A stretch of DNA of 64,000 bases, taken from positions 248,001 through 312,000 of the forward strand of contig OZ218952.1 of the NCBI GenBank assembly GCA_965112735.1, written 5' to 3'. The DNA is from Phaeosaccion multiseriatum. Lineage: Eukaryota; Protista; Ochrophyta, other classes. Below the pieces are notes generated by a model. That model did no database searches and was not told the origin of the DNA. It worked only from the letters and a program-made list of their open reading frames with translations. Shown in pieces: positions 1 through 14,716 of this stretch. The translations under genes and the position numbers were made by a program. Numbering within the stretch: position 1 is the stretch's first letter; each line of letters opens with the position of its first letter.

Positions 1-138
1 AGGTGAAGACTGACCGCTGACTCCATAAGAAGTCGGCCATATCTCTAAATTAGAACGGGGGACGTATTTGCAACACAGTATTCGCTTCGCCTAAACCCTG
101 GAAGAGCACGCTGTGAAGAGAAGCAGGGCAAGCAGAGA

Positions 139-1758
139 ATGGCTAGCAACGCCGACCCCTTCGATGTCGCCAAGGAGTAAGTGGGCACTGTGAACTTGAA
201 CTGAGGGGATGGAGGGGCGCAGCGACAACGACACAGAGAGGAGTCGAGGACATACGTGCCTCACACACAGATAGAGCTTCAGATCTCTGCTCTTTTTCAA
301 TGTTGCACAACCTCTGCTACTCCACACCCTTCAGTGTCGCCTTACGTCACGTTCTCTTGAACCTGGTGTGAAAGTTGAATGGACTGGATGGATCAGGAGA
401 GTTGCCATATCGTACACAGTGGCAGTGCCCGAACCTAACCGCTCCCCACTCATTCTCTACCTTCTAACCTTGACGCTCTTTGTTCCTTGCGATGCTCGCT
501 CCTTTGAAAGTGCGTTGGGCCTCAACTTGGACTACTTAAAAGATCGAGCAAGTCAGTACGTTGACTCCGTCGCGAAGGTCAACACCGCAGCAGACAGAGA
601 CTTTCGAGAGCTCAAAGCCACTCTCGCAAGAGATGTTCGGTCCGCAGAGTCGCAACTCAGAGATCTCAAAAGGACTGTAGACCTCGTTGAGAGGGAGCGC
701 GCACAGTTCTCGCACGTTACTGATGCCGAGCTGGCAGACAGGTGAGTGAGGCCAAGAGAAGGGCGCGATTTGGCCTCATTTGAACCGGTTCAGCTTGGTG
801 GGGGGATCTTCTTTCTTCTTCTTCTCCTCCTCCCCCTCCTCCTCCTCCTCCTCCTCCTCCTCCTCCTCCTCCTCCTCCTCCTCCTCCTCCTCCTCCTCCT
901 CCTCCTCCTCCTCCTCCTCCTCCTCCTCCTCCTCCTCCTCCTCCTCCTCCTCATCCTCCTCCTCCTCCTCCTCCTCCTCCCCCTCCTCCTCCTCCTCCTC
1001 CTCCTCCTCCTCCTCCTCCTGCGCTGCTGCTGCTGCCTTGAGTACTCTCTGCCGGCGAGCCACTTTACTGAGTGTACACCCTCACGCCCTTACACACTTC
1101 CGGTGGTGCGTTCATGCTTACACACTCTCAGACGGGCGTTTTGCAAGAGCGCCAAGAAGACTGTGAATAGCATTAAGGCAGATATGGACAGCGACAAGGT
1201 CCTGGAGAAGTTAAAGACGGACGAGGCCATGGAGACGCAAAAGTACAGACCGACGGACACTTACGGTGAGAGGGAGAGAGGGTTGCTGGGCGATGTGTGC
1301 TGGGCTAGTGCGAGCAGTGAAGCGGGGGCAGTTGCGCAGGTGCCGGATAGGCAAGCAAGTTGTCCCCTTCCCCAGCCACCCCCACCCCCTCTGCTTCTCA
1401 TCTTTGCGTGCCTGCCGCTGCCGCTGCTGCTGGTGCCACTGCCTCTCCTTCTGTGTGCCGCTTGTTCTCACGTACAGGAGCGTCTTCGGAAATGGAAATG
1501 AGCAATACAAACTTCATCAACGACAAGGAGGTCCGTGGCTCTCTCTCTCTGTGTGTGTCTGTGTGTGTCTTTTTTGTGTCTCTCCTTTTCCATGTGGAAG
1601 GGAGGGGGTGATGCGAAAGGCGAGGCGCGCCGTGGGAGCGTGCATGTAACACTGTCAAGGCCAAAACACGCTCTTTGCACCCCGACATGAGATGCCAGCT
1701 CTTGTGTGTGCGTATGGATGTGTGTATGGAGTGTCTTGTCCTCCGCCTCCTGCTCCTA

Positions 1759-1790
<32 letters not shown>

Positions 1791-2484
1791 GCTGCTGACA
1801 CCTCCCCTCTTCCTCTTGCATTGCACCACATCACACCGCATTGTTTCTTGCCGGTTGGTCCCTGGCAATGAATGCATGTGACAAATGACAAATGAATAAC
1901 CAACAGGCGCAGGCGCGTATGCAGATGTTGCGACAGGAAGAGGACCTCAGCGAGCTCGGCGTACATGTGGACCGAGTGGGGCAGTTGGGGCAAGTCATCA
2001 ATACGGAGCTGAAGGAGCAAAACGCCATGCTCGAGCTCGTGGAGGAGGACATGGACGACGCCAATGAGAAGATGGGCGTGGTTATGGGCAAGCTCTCCAA
2101 GCTGCTCAAGACCAAAGGTAAGAGAGAGAGACAGCGTAAGAGAGAGCCGAGGTAGAGCCGGGTAAGCAGCGAGTAAGGGCCGAGAGAGAGAGAGAGAGAG
2201 CCGTGTACTGGTGCTGCTGTGCTGCTGCGTGATTGGCGGTGTTTTTTTTTGTTTGTTTTTTTGTCGATCAGCATATGGTGTAACAACAACAACCCCTTCC
2301 CTTCCCTCCCAATTCATCGCTCCTCCCTCCTCCTCTCTGCCCTGCCCGCCCTTCCCGCCCTGCTCGCTTCTTCCCACCACCCCACTCCGTGTCTCTACTA
2401 TCCGCAGACCGCTGTCAAATATTTTCCATCATCATCCTGCTTGTCATCCTCGCCATCCTCTTCTTTCTGGTCATCTACACGTGA
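139..2484 (+). CDS. STX6: Syntaxin-6/Tlg1/SYP61-type Qc-SNARE (6 exons: 139-176, 511-741, 1132-1265, 1478-1530, 1907-2117, 2408-2484)
   Basis: Spliced product starts MASNADPFDVAKD (the DPF motif of the Syntaxin-6 N domain). It has a helical bundle (LRDLKRTVDLVERERAQFSHVTDAELADRR), a SNARE motif (QEEDLSELGVHVDRVGQLGQVINTELKEQNAML, zero-layer Q) and a C-terminal TM anchor (IFSIIILLVILAILFFLVIYT*). All introns are GT-AG and phases are consistent. Confidence 0.9.
823..1020. repeat. (CCT)n trinucleotide microsatellite, ~200 bp, in syntaxin intron 2
   Basis: Near-perfect CCT run seen directly; it generates the spurious poly-L/poly-E/poly-S ORFs. Confidence 0.97.
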
Positions 2485-3085
2485 TGGTCATCTACACGTG
2501 GTGGTCATGTACAAAGCGGTATTGAGGCTTTTGTGTCGGCTGTCCGCTACCTATCGTCTACGCCATGGGGTTTGTGGGGAGTCGCCCCTGATGAACGAGT
2601 GTCTTGCTTCCATGAAGAAAGAGAGCTTTTTTTAATTTAGAAAAATGCCTTCCACCCAGTCCGTAGAGCGCCGTGGCCGCCGCCGTCGGAGTGTCTACTT
2701 TGGAGGGCCTCCGAGTCGGCACTTTGCACTGGAGGCAGGCCAGTTGCGGCAGCCGATAAGGTGCTTGCAGCCAGCTCGATCCCTCCTGAGCCCCTCAGCC
2801 CGCCCCCTGGCGGTGACTGGAGGGATGACCATAGAGACAAGAGCTGCCAGCCGGAGGGTTGGGTGAAGGGACCCCAAGGAGGGGAACGACTTAACCACTG
2901 CTTGTGGGTGAGGAGCGAGGCTGTGAAGCAGGCGCTCCATTGAATTTATTTGATACAAAAGCCGCACCATTGTAGGGCATACAAATAATACCACAGGGGC
3001 TGTCGCTATCAGAAACCCAACCCTGCCTGCCCGCCTGGAAAGAGCCCAAATGTGTGATACTGCACCCTCTCATGTCTGTGACTCG

Positions 3086-5400
<2,315 letters not shown>

Positions 5401-5523
5401 GACTAATACCGCCTTTGGCGCCGTGTGGCTCGGAGCTTTGGCTCACGACTGGACAATCTCTTCCTCGCCCTCCCCTTTATCAAGATGCTCTAGGTACCGA
5501 AGGGTTGATCCACACTGCGCAAG

Positions 5524-5751
5524 CTAGAAGAAGACAACAATGCAAAGGGTTAGGAACAGAGTAGCGTTAAAAAGGGGGGGGGCTGGGGTGGTTGATGGCA
5601 CGAGGCATAGACAGACACTGCATCAAAAGAAGGAAGATAGAATGTGCACGAGCACGGGTTGATGCGGGATGTCAGGGAGTGGGAATGTACGACCGCGAGC
5701 TCCTCCTCCTCTAGCGACAGAATAACCTTCCCTGAAGCTTCACAGACGTAC
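5524..5751 (-). other. Probable 5'-UTR intron of the ArfGAP gene
   Basis: Minus-strand donor CAG|GTACGT at 5751 and acceptor TCTTCTTCTAG at 5524, upstream of the ATG at 5400. No transcript evidence. Confidence 0.4.
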
Positions 5752-6040
5752 CTGAGGAGTCCTTCAACACGCCAGCAGTGAGGCAGCTGCAGAGACCCCC
5801 CCTTCCTCGGCTTAAATTGAGAAGTTTGATTTACGACCGAACATTCATTCCCCTATCTCATGTGCGAAGCAGATACTAGTCCCTACTGCCGCCCCGCCTG
5901 AGACTAGCCAAATCCCCTCCTTGCACTCACTCCTGATACAAAATTTCTGCGCTTTTGCGCTTTGCTCTCTTTATCCCCCTCCAGGTGGTGGCGCTATTGG
6001 TCCGAGTAGGTTGTTAAAAGGCGCCCTGCCCAAAAGTAAA

Positions 6041-6236
6041 ATACGATAGCCTTTGCTCACAGAGAAAAGAAAAAAATTGATTCAGAGGGGGGAGGGGAGG
6101 CGGGGGGAGGGGGAAAGGCTTGCACGCGTGTGACTATACGATACGATAGCCTTTGCTCACAGAGAAAAGAAAAAAATTGATTCAGAGGGGGGAGGGGAGG
6201 CGGGGGGAGGGGGGAAAGGCTTGCACGCGTGTGACT
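6041..6236. repeat. ~95-bp tandem duplication in the ArfGAP/ABHD divergent promoter
   Basis: ATACGATAGCCTTTGCTCACAGAG...GCACGCGTGTGACT occurs at 6041-6135 and 6141-6236, separated by an extra ATACG. The copies differ only by one G in a G-run. Confidence 0.95.
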
Positions 6237-6283
6237 CAGCAGTTGGAGAAAAGCTGGCGCGCCCGCGGGGCTCCTTGGGCGAG

Positions 6284-8971
6284 ATGAACTCGCTGGGAGC
6301 TTCCGTCCTGTCCTGCAGCGTTGTCCTGTCGGGTGTGTGTGCGTACAAGAGCGGCTGGGCCTTGTCGGAACCTCGATTTCCAGCCCCAACCCTGATTTTC
6401 TCGGTGGCGGTCTTGTGGATCCTATTCAGGGTGCTCAGCTTCCTTTTCGACCGCACGGAGCCTGTTGTTGTGCACACACCCAAAGTAGGAGGAAAGCACC
6501 CTGCACTGGGGATCCAGAGGGCCGTAGCTACAGCAGTTGAGAAGGAATCTTTTTCTCCGTGCTGGTGGCTATTAAACTCACACGCCCAGACTGTGTTCGG
6601 GGCCGTGCGGCAGGTGAGCACCGAGGAAAGTAGTTGTAGAGGAAGGAAGGAGGAGAGGAAAAAATTGAGATGAGTCGGTTCGCTGCAGCGAGCCAAGATA
6701 GAAGAAAGCCTTCAAACGCAGTCACTCCCCACCTCTGCTGGCCACGTGCTTATCCTTCGGTGTACTGCCATCCCCCCTCCCCCTTCCGCCCGACACGCAG
6801 CGGTTCACAAAGAGAGTGCATCAGACGCCCTGTGAGAGGGAGGTGGTTGTGCTGCCCGACGGTGGCACGCTCAACCTGGACTGGTACCCGGCGTCTCTCG
6901 CGCTGGCGCCTCAAGCGTCCTCCTCCTCTTCCACGACCAGCAGCAGCAACTCCTCCTCTGTTCCCACTCTCTTCATCATTGCAGGGCTCGGGTCCACCGG
7001 CACGTGTCAATACCTTCAGTCCTTTCTGACCAAGATTTCGGGCGAAGGCTGGAGGGCAGTGGTGATGGTAAGTTTGAGGGGAGTGTGGAACAACCTTGTG
7101 ACTTGCTCGGGACCAGGACACAAAGCCTCCTTCACCTGAGCTTGACAAGGCTCATGTAGAGTCTCGTACATGACTGACGGCATTGCTGCTGATGCCCCCT
7201 ACTCCCTGCTGCCTACGGCCCGCTGCCTGCCACTCCCCAGCTGAATCGGGGTTGTGGATCGCCGATAACCACCCCACGTTTCCACAATGGCGCAGACACG
7301 GAAGACCTGAACTTCTGTGCCAATCTCGTGCGGGATCGGCTCATGGCGCTGGGGAGAGAGAACCGACCTTTGCTGCTTGGGGTGGGCTTCTCGCTGGGAG
7401 CCAACTCTCTGGTGAAGGAGCTCGGCGTGATGTAAGTGAGGGGGGTGGGAAGAGGAGAGTCCCCATCAACACACCTGCTTGGCCCTGCTCTTTAACGACC
7501 TTTGGGCCCTCTCTCTCCTCTGTCCTGCGCTCCCCGCGATCATGCCTCCGTATGCCTCCCTCGCAGAGGCCGATCCGGAGCCCCCAACCCCATCGACGCT
7601 GCCCTGCTTCTGGGCTGCCCCTGGGATCTAGGGAAGGTGAGTGTCGGAAGCACCGGCTGGGAAGGGCCTGCCAAGGGTATACCAAGGAGTTTCGAACGCG
7701 CGGCTGCAATAACATCCCTCCCTCGACGTGTGTCGACGTATTAACATCCCTCTCCTCTGGCGTATGCATGTGCTCTGGTCTGCTCCAACCCCCCTTCGTT
7801 GTGGACGCTGCCCCATAGGTGAGCGAGGCGCTCAGCAGGAGCAAGTACGTGTACAGCCCCTTCTACGCCCGCAAGATGAGCAGGCTCATTGCTACGAGCG
7901 GTAAGCAAGGTGGAGAAGAATGGGAGTAAGCACTGTAAGACTCGCTCACGCAAGCTCCTCCTCCTCCCAGGTTGTGTGGAGCTGTTTGGCCATCGAAAAG
8001 ACGTGGACTTTCCCCGCATTTCCAAGAGCAAGACGCTGAGGTAAGGAAGGAAGGAAGGGAGGCAGTGCCCGCCCTGCAAAGGAAGGAGCAAGACTCTGGA
8101 CGTGCCTCAGCATCCCCCTCATTACTTGCCCCTGGGCTCCCCCCTCACCCTGTCCCCTGCAACTGTTTGATGGCTTCTCTGCGGATGTTTGTTGGCTTAG
8201 GGAGCTCGACGAGCGGTTTGTTTTGCCCCTCTTTGGGTACGAGACAGTGGAGGACTACTATCGGGAAGGCTCCGGAGCAGCCTACCTGGATGGAGTGCGC
8301 ATTCCTCTCTTCGCTCTCGGCGCTCTAGATGACCCCGTGTCTGTCGGTAAGCACCTCTCGCCGTAGCTTTCTTTTGTCGGTGGAGAACCCAAGGCGCGCT
8401 GGGCCAAAGGGCTAACAGCGTCTCTTGCCCTCTCTCGTTTCGTGACATGTACAGAGAGTGCCATCCCCTTTGATGCAGCGCAGTCCAACGGCAATGTGGT
8501 GCTCATGACAACCAAGGTATGCTGCGTGCAGCCAACGACTGCAGACGCGCTTCAGTGTGGCACCCTATATATGTCTCTGTGCTTTTTTCTCTCAGGCAAC
8601 CGTTGGAATGTAAGAACCCCCCCTCTCCCCCCCACTCTCCACCCCCCTCTCTCCCTCCCTCCCTCCCTCCCTCCCTCCCTCCCTCCCTACCCAACTCACT
8701 CAGTCACTCACTCACTCACTCACTCACTCACTCGCTCACTCACTCACTCACTCACTCACCCACTCACTCACTCATTCATTCCGTCTCCCTCCCCGGTCCT
8801 CTTCCCCCTCCCTCTCCCTCTCCCTCTCTCCAGAGGGGGGGTCACGTCGGTTGGTGGGCGCATGAGGGACGGGGTGTGGAGCGCTGGGTCAACGGCTTCA
8901 GCTCCGCCGTGCTCGCTGCTATGAGGGGGGCCTTACTCGTTGCCAGCGAGAGTGAAGACAATGCTCAGTAA
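6284..8971 (+). CDS. Alpha/beta hydrolase, YheT/ABHD1-3 family (paralog 1, multi-exon)
   Basis: N-terminal TM segment; WWLLNSHAQTV; LPDGGTLNLDW; LNRGCG; nucleophile motif GFSLGAN; ALDDP (acid); RGGHVGW (His). The catalytic triad is intact after splicing. Confidence 0.88.
8640..8780. repeat. Compound (CCCT)n + (TCAC)n microsatellite in an ABHD intron
   Basis: Seen directly. Confidence 0.9.
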
Positions 8972-9315
8972 AGCCCTGATGTATGTATTTAATTAGGCTT
9001 TGGGTTACCTCAGGGTCTCAGCCTGCCAGGGGGGGACTTGGCTTTGTTGGCTTTACTCTTCGACTCTGCCCGGGAGGCCGGGTCAAGGGTGGCAATTTTG
9101 TTCTGTTAATACTATGCTGTCATGTATTTGGCTGTCCACCGAACAACGTACGAATGCTTTTTAATGTTGTGTAGGCGCATCACTTGCAAAAAAATGTGTA
9201 CGTGGGAGGAGAAATCAGTATCCCGCCGACGTGGTTGGCCAGCTGTAAGAACGTTTCTGTATCACCAACCGCTTTTGGACACGCCCGAACATTCGCTCAC
9301 CTTCCAGACTCCTCC

Positions 9316-11433
9316 ATGCCCGGCTTGATTCTTCCAGTCTTGGTGCTGCTGGTGTTCGTAGCGCATGGCGCTCTTAGCTGGGTGGTGAACTTTCAGCTGC
9401 CTGGGAAGGTGCTAACATGGGCTAAAGACGGGGAAGGTGCTAACAAGAAGACCGCCGACGTGTCACTGCGGAGCCTCGTGAACGGCTTTCAGGTGGGGGA
9501 GTACGTGCCACCACTCTGGGCTCGTGCTCCCAACCTCCACACGATACTCGGTAAGTACGCGAGCCAGCAGAAGCACTCCCTTTGAAGCGATTTCACCTTG
9601 TGGCCCTACCTTTTCTTTCTTAGGGTCAGGTGATTTTGAACGAAGGGTCTTCGGAGATAGCTTGACTCCACAGCTGGACTACAAGCGAAAGAGGTACTTG
9701 ACAGGAGACGGAGGCTTCGTTGACGTGGTGAGTGGAGCAAGGGGCTTCTTGAAGCGCTTATATCTTCGGCTGCTAAGTCTCTCTTTTCTTGTTTCATTCC
9801 AGGACTTCCTCGAGCCCGACCCTCGTGCCTCCGGGGAGGGCAGAGACGATGCCTTGGTGGTGGTATTGCACGGCCTGGAGAGTAGTTCCACCGCGCCTTT
9901 AACGAAGAAATTCTGCCAGGCTTTTGCGAGACGGGGCTATCGGTGAGTAACCCTAACACATGTGGCACGAAGGAATGGAATCGTAACCGTGAACCAGAAC
10001 CTCGGCACTATAACCTTAAGTTGGTGGGGCGCACAAGGCCCCTAAGATGGTAGGGGTGTACTGGCCCCCCAGGAGAGTATCAATGACAACAATAATGAGT
10101 GTGACTCGCGTTTGGGTCGACTCGGTTTTGGGTCGGCTCGGTTTTGGGTATTTTCTCAGGTGTGCGGCGGTCAACTTCCGTGGCTGTAGCGTCAACCCCG
10201 AAACTGGGGAGGAAGAGGCTGCTGCCTCGCAGATACAGTACCACTTGGGCTGGACCGGGGACTTGCACGCCTTGATGCCGCAGCTCAGGAGGGATGGCTT
10301 GGCGGGAGGCGAACATGGCAGCTGGAATCGCATGTTCCTCTCAGGATTCAGGTAGCCCGCTCCATCCGTACCCATCACCCCCCCCCTGGCTCTTGCTGAC
10401 TCACAATCTCATTCATTCAATTCACCCTCTCCCCTCCAGCTGCGGTGCCAACGTCGTGACCAAGTATCTGGGTGAGAAGGGCGAGACGGCTCTGCTGGAG
10501 GGGGTGGCGGGAGCCGCGGTGGGCTGCGTGCCGTTCGGCCTGCCCGAGCTGGTGGAAAAGATGAGCTCATCGCTGGTGAACAAGAGAGTGTACACACCTG
10601 CTTTCTTGAATGCCATGAAGGCCAAGGCGCTGCGCCACATTGCTCTGCACGGAGACGGGGGACTAGACGTTGACGCCATCATCAATGCGCCAGGCTTCAG
10701 GTGAGGTATTGAGATGCCCGGGGGGAATGTTGTGGGGGGGGGGAGGAGGTTGTGGCTACAACTTGGAGAAGGAGGAAGGCAAGTAAATCTCAGTCTTTTT
10801 GTTGTTGTTGTTGTTGTTGTCGGTTTGTCTCATCTTGGCGTCCTCTTGGCACCGTGCCCGTGCAGGGAGTTCGACGACGCCTACACCGCCCCGGTGTTTG
10901 GCTTCAGGGACAGTTCCGAGTACTACGAGACCGCTTGCGCCAAACAGGATATCGCGAATATTCGAGTCCCCACTCTTATCATGAATGCCTACGACGATCC
11001 TTTCACGGTCATGGAGGTGGCTCCGAGCGAGGAGGATATTGGCGCTGCCCCTGTTATTGTGAATTACCAGCGCTTTGGAGGCCATTGCGCGTTCGTGCCA
11101 GCGAGAGTGAGGGGGAATGGGCGGGACAAGGAGGGGGCGGACGGCAAACAAGGAGAAGAAGACAACAACGAGCTGGCCCTACTCCAGAGCAGCGAACGGT
11201 TCCTACCCAAGGAGCTGGCAAGGTTTGTGGAGTACCTGTGTACGGAGGAGAGTCGACAGGTCATTGACAACGCCGTTCCGCCTACTCAACTCAAGTTGAG
11301 GCAAGTGAGGGAGACGGCGGACGTTTTGGTCTCAAAAGGAAAGGAAGCGACGCTGGGTCTCCAGGCTCGGCTGCTGGAAAGTCTGGGAAGGTTGCAAACC
11401 GGGGACTCTTCTCCGTCGTCATCTATTGGATAA
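9316..11433 (+). CDS. Alpha/beta hydrolase, YheT/ABHD family (paralog 2, multi-exon, N-terminal signal-like segment)
   Basis: YVPPLWARAPNLHTI; DGGFVDVDF; VLHGLESSS; NFRGCS; GFSCGAN (across a splice junction); REFDDAYTAPVFGF; NAYDDPF; GGHCAF. Confidence 0.9.
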
Positions 11434-11694
11434 ATGGCCTACTGGGACGGGACGCGTCTGTAAAGGAAGCTACTTGTATAAAACCACGAGTTGGATATAT
11501 ATAGAGAGATGGGAAAGGGTTTAAGTGTTATTGTGTGCATAGAGAGAAGCGAGCACAGAGGAGGGGGGAAATTATAAATAAAACAGACGTTATTTAAGAT
11601 CTCTCCTCCCTCCCATTTGTGGGTCGTTCCCTAGCAACAGCAGCTGCTGCAACAGCAGTACTGAGACCAGCCCCCTGCATCAGAGGAGGGTAGA

Positions 11695-13597
11695 CTACTT
11701 CCCCCAGTGGAGCGTGGCCTGCTTCTTGCTTCTCTCCTTCCCGAGTCGTTCTGCCTGCAGCATCTTGCCAGACGCGGAGAGCGAGAAGGCACCCTCCTCT
11801 CTGCCCAAGTCGCTCTTGCCGGGCTTCCGTTTTGGCGGTGGAGCGTCTTGCATGTGTACATCAGCACCTGCTTTGGCGGTTTTGCATCCTCCACCCACAT
11901 ACCCAACGTATTCACCGCTGCCCTTGCTGTCCAGCAAGTCGTCGCTGCTGCTGCTGTCGACCGTTGTCATGTCGACAGGCTTTGGACGCCCTCCCCCCTC
12001 CCTCACCCCGGCGGCGGCTGCTGATACACAGACAAGAGCGAGCGCGCAGGATCCACGACAAATCAGCGAGCAGCATGAATCTGGGGATACGGTAAAGGAA
12101 GAAACACAATACTCCGAGGCGGGGCTATACCTTGCTGGTTTTGGGGAGGCCTTCGCAGTCGATGCAAAGGCCCTTCACTGCCTCTCACCTTTAGATCGAC
12201 CCCGCTTGCGAACAGGTTTTGCCGCTTCCACTAGCTCCACGTCGTCGCTGTCGTCGTCAGAGGAGGAGAAGGAGTGCGGAGGCGAGGGGCGCTCCCCCCC
12301 CCCCAAGGGCAAGGGGCGCCTCTCCCAACCCAAGTCCTCCGACTCTTGGTCCTCGTCTTCATCATCCTCGTCGTCGCTACTCAAGTCCAAAGCGATGGTA
12401 GTCTTGCTATCCTTCACACTCGTCGTCGTCGTGCCTGCCTTTCGTGCACCCGAGCCGGGGCTGTGCTTGCTCACACTTCCCACTGGTCGCGCGACAGGTG
12501 TCCTCCGCCGTTTCTTGCTGCTGCTACTGCTACTGCTATCGCTACTGCTGCTACTATCGCTACTGCTACTATCACTGCTGCCGCCCAATTCGAATGCGTT
12601 GTTTTTAGCCCCGTGACTCTCGTCCGCCTTGGCTTGTCGAGAGCTCGCCAGACTCAGCTTATGGGCCTTCTTTCGCGCCTGCGGTGGTTTCCGTCGCACC
12701 TCGTCTGAGCCTAGACTAGTCACTTCACATATGTCATCTTCACTGTCTCTGTCGCCGCCCCCTGCTACCGCCCAGGCCATGGACTCCCCCGTCTCTTCTT
12801 CGTCCTCTCCGCGGCACCTCCCATCGTAGGTCGTCTTCAAGTGATACGCGTCTCGCGCTGGTCAAGACGAGCAAGAGGAAGGCGGAAGTAGGGTTGCTGG
12901 GTTAGATGATGAAGAAAGAGGAGGGCACTGGACAGCCAGCCCTACTTCGAGCGACGCACCACACTCCAAGGCACGCCTGTAGTGAGGCAGGTTCGGCGTG
13001 GCCTTCCTCAGCAGCATACTCAGTTCCGCAGGAGTGCGAGTGCGAGTGGATGGGTCACTCAGGGGAAGCTCCTGAGAAGAACCAACAGGAAACACATGGC
13101 AGTTTAGCAGCGATCGTGAACCAAGTAAAGCGAGGAGAGGGAGGGACGGAAGGGGAGAGGTGTGCTCTGGGCGGGAAAAGGAAGTAATCGCCCGCCTCGG
13201 CTTCTCGACTCCGTCTTTTTCACTTCAAAATCTATCCTGGCGAGAGACAGAAAAACAATACTCTGGCCCCTCTCTCTGTCTCACTCACAACTCTTTCCCG
13301 CGCTCCCTCGCCCACCTCCAATCTGGACATCAAACGTACCAGTTCCTCAAAGTCGCCGCCCCTTTCTCCTTCTGAAGACAGCCCCCTCTTCTGCATAAGC
13401 ACCTCGCGTATTCGCGTCCGCATGCAGGGCGAGGCGTACTTGAAAGGGTGGCTGTCGAGCTTCTCACTGGAGATTGGAACTGGATACTGTGGCTCCCCGT
13501 TAGTGCTAGTTGCCCACGCAGAGTTCCAAAACTGGAAGCGGCCATAGCGCCACCACTGCGCCTTCTGATCACTCGTGATGTTGCCATCGTCCTCCAT
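11695..13597 (-). CDS. Hypothetical protein (4 exons), mostly disordered, with SIM-like and C-terminal PIP-like motifs
   Basis: ORFs 13232-13597, 12862-13095, 12175-12840 and 11695-12006 join through phase-consistent GT-AG introns. No recognisable family. Confidence 0.6.
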
Positions 13598-13747
13598 TCT
13601 GGCGCGTTTTTTCTTTTAGAGGGGCTATGGTGGGTGTCAGCAAACTGTGAGTCTGCAGGTTTGGATGCCCACCATGCGTACTTCTCTCCTCTCTCTTCTT
13701 TCGTCCTCTTTCTTCCTTCCTCCCTCCTGTTCCACTCTTGCTACCTG

Positions 13748-14400
13748 ATGAAGAGAGGCCTGAGTATGAGCACGTCTAGCAGCCGGAGGTCAGTCACTTT
13801 GTTTGCGGTGGTGTGCGGCCTTGGCTTCCTGAGCGCGAATGGTTTTCTGGTGAGCCCTCTCTTCCACCAAGCTCGGAGTATGGGGGGGATGCGAAGCTTA
13901 TCTATGGCAGGTCCCATGGAGAGTACCATTGGAGAGAAGCTGGGCGCCTTGGAGCCTCAGGTTCTTCAGGTCATTAACGAGAGTCACATGCATGCGGGCA
14001 ATGCGCCAGAGACCCACTTTAAGGTGCGAGAGAGAGAAAGAGAGACAAAAGGAATGTTTGTATTCCTACCGGGGGTGCTGCCCCATGTTCGCTCTTCTTA
14101 CACTGTTGCTCATGCAGGTCTTTGTGCTGTCTGCTTCTCGTCAGATGTGCCCCGTGTTTCTAACTCACTCATCCTCCCTTTCAGGTGGTTGTCGTGAGCG
14201 AAAAGTTTGAAGGTATGCGGCTGCTTCAAAGGCATCGCATGGTCAACGAGATCCTGGCAGAGCAGCTCAACTCGGGGCTTCATGCTCTTTCCATAGTAAG
14301 CAAGACGCCAGAACAGTGGGAGGGAGACGGAGGCGCAATCCCCAAATCTCCCGACTGTCTTGGAGGCGGGAAGAACTGGAACCCTCAATCAGAGGATTGA
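13748..14400 (+). CDS. BOLA1: BolA family protein (BolA1-type) with bipartite targeting presequence
   Basis: LQVINESHMHAGNAPETHFK|VVVVSEKFEGMRLLQRHRMVNEILAEQLNSGLHALSIVSKTPEQW...PKSPDCLGG, with one intron. A hydrophobic segment ends SANG|FLVSP. Confidence 0.93.
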
Positions 14401-14716
14401 GGACTGTACATAGGACATTCTTTTGCGTCCCTCATTGAGGACTGAACCCAAAGACATATATTTTTCTTTGTGCCTCCCGTGGCGTGATTCATACGCTTCG
14501 ACCTCCTGCAGTGAGGGGACTCCATCCACCCCACCGGAGGAGGGCGGCGAAGGGGGAAACCGCAGGAGGCAAATGCCTTCGAAGATGAGGTTAATGATGT
14601 TTATTTTAATTAAAATTAAACTGAAGGGAAGATTAAGCATATGCACCCCACAGGCGCAGTGCCTACTTTCTCAGCTATCTGAGCCTCCGACTGCTCGGGG
14701 GGGGGGGGGCGAGGCA

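Noticed and set aside
746-1501. Poly-Leu/poly-Glu/poly-Ser ORFs (also at 21162-21784 and 62233-62716)
   Set aside because: They are stop-free readings of intronic (CCT)n tracts. The flanking exons splice in frame without them.
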